A stretch of 63,547 nucleotides of DNA, filler included, from Octopus bimaculoides (lineage: Eukaryota): assembly GCF_001194135.2 (NCBI RefSeq). It is 6 parts of 6 records of this genome, joined end to end, with 100 filler letters (N's around TTAATTAATTAA, not from the genome) between each part and the next. Parts side by side here need not be neighbours in the genome. Positions count along the whole stretch, not along the records: positions 62,448 to 63,547 come from NW_026351379.1; 5 more parts are not named here. One strand, 5' to 3'. A program made the position numbers and the translations under genes. The notes beneath the pieces are model-generated. The model saw only the letters and a program-made list of their open reading frames with translations, did not search any database and was not told where the DNA came from. How positions within the stretch are numbered: the first letter of the stretch is position 1; every line of letters begins with the position of its first letter. Shown here piece by piece: positions 62,404-63,547 of the stretch.

Positions 62404-63547
62404 NNNNNNNNNNNNNNNNNNNNNNNNNNNNNNNNNNNNNNNNNNNNAGGAAATTGTCAATCAGATATAACAACCTAAAGCCGTATACAACATAAAGCAG
62501 CTGAAAAGTCGTTGTTCATCACATAAATCATACGACAAACTGTAAAACACGAACCAAACTAATTAACAGCATCAATATCCCAAATACCGGCTACAACATA
62601 CCGTTTATATGTAATCACATTCCAATAGCAAACTCACATATCAAACACTTCAAAAAATATTCACTGAAACCTGTACAAAACATAAGATTTTTAAACTGTT
62701 CCACACTATTCTATCAGATACTAGAAAATACTTTTTTTCAATAGGTGTGGTGGGTGACAATTGCACCGGCTCATACTCTGCGGAGAGGTTAAACTGATAT
62801 CAGTATCTATAAAATTTCTACTAGTTCACTAAAGCAACAATAATTTTAACGTTAAAATGTTTATAATTTTAATGTAGTTCATTAACGTATTTTAAAAATT
62901 CAAACCTTCAGTGTTAAATACTTATGTTAATACCATTGCCATTATAAACAGAATACATGGGGATTTCGATTTATGAGTAGCGTCAGTTAAAATGCATTAA
63001 TATGGATCCTGGGTGACCTGGTTGTAGAAGTGGCCCATGTTTTGGGTAAATGACACAATGAATTACACTTTGAATCATTATTAAGTGGCACCACTATAGG
63101 CAACACAATAGCCATAAAAATAATAACGGTGTCCAACACCCCATAAGAATCATCGTTCGATAAAATCCACCTGGCGCCAAAAGAGATTATGACATCCACC
63201 AGAACATAGAACCAATGAAGGAATCTATATGTGATTATTCGATTTGCTAGAACATTCGAAGAAGTCTTCTTTAAATTACACTCTGGTGTCTTTTAAAAGA
63301 TGATACATTGGACGGCATACTACAGTGCATTGTATTGTTGAAATTAAGGCGAGGTGATCATGGTTGGAATAACTTTAGGTTAACGTGCTATCCCACAAGA
63401 AGAAGGGACCAGCATTACATGATCAAACTACAATAGTGTCACCCAAGTCACAAACATTTTAATGTTGAAATGCCCTTTGTCATTTTCAACTAGATGTAAG
63501 CACCATTCATGTGGAACACCGGAACTACGAATCGAAGTTTGCTTTTC

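Noticed and set aside
62987-63547. ORF 62987-63199 and surrounding GC-elevated sequence
   Set aside because: No recognisable protein family in any of six frames and frequent stops.

Overview
AT-rich, microsatellite-dense eukaryotic genomic DNA. The repeat families suggest an octopod cephalopod (inference, not verified). It is a gapped assembly with five artificial 100-nt spacers (44 N + TTAATTAATTAA + 44 N). The only well-supported protein-coding gene is the 3' half of a TTLL3/TTLL8-type tubulin glycylase on the + strand: four exons at 35549-42874, splicing in frame to about 344 aa with the catalytic ExN motif intact. I could not find its 5' exons in the window. The rest is intronic or intergenic and full of transposon remnants: Penelope-like, R4/Dong and CR1-type LINE fragments, three Tc1/mariner families (DD41D, DD37D, and an internally deleted mariner), a hAT remnant, two Helitron-like elements, one LTR with a primer-binding site, and many SINE copies. 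The most notable non-coding observations are two minimal hammerhead ribozyme motifs (one in the tail of a tRNA-headed SINE), a 63-bp intronic fold-back with A-C mismatches inside the TTLL gene, a CpG-decay domain extending past the TTLL stop codon, and a GC-rich, motif-dense island at about 28.7-29.1 kb. There is no CRISPR array, rRNA or intact tRNA gene. All calls were made by eye without database searches, and repeat boundaries are approximate.
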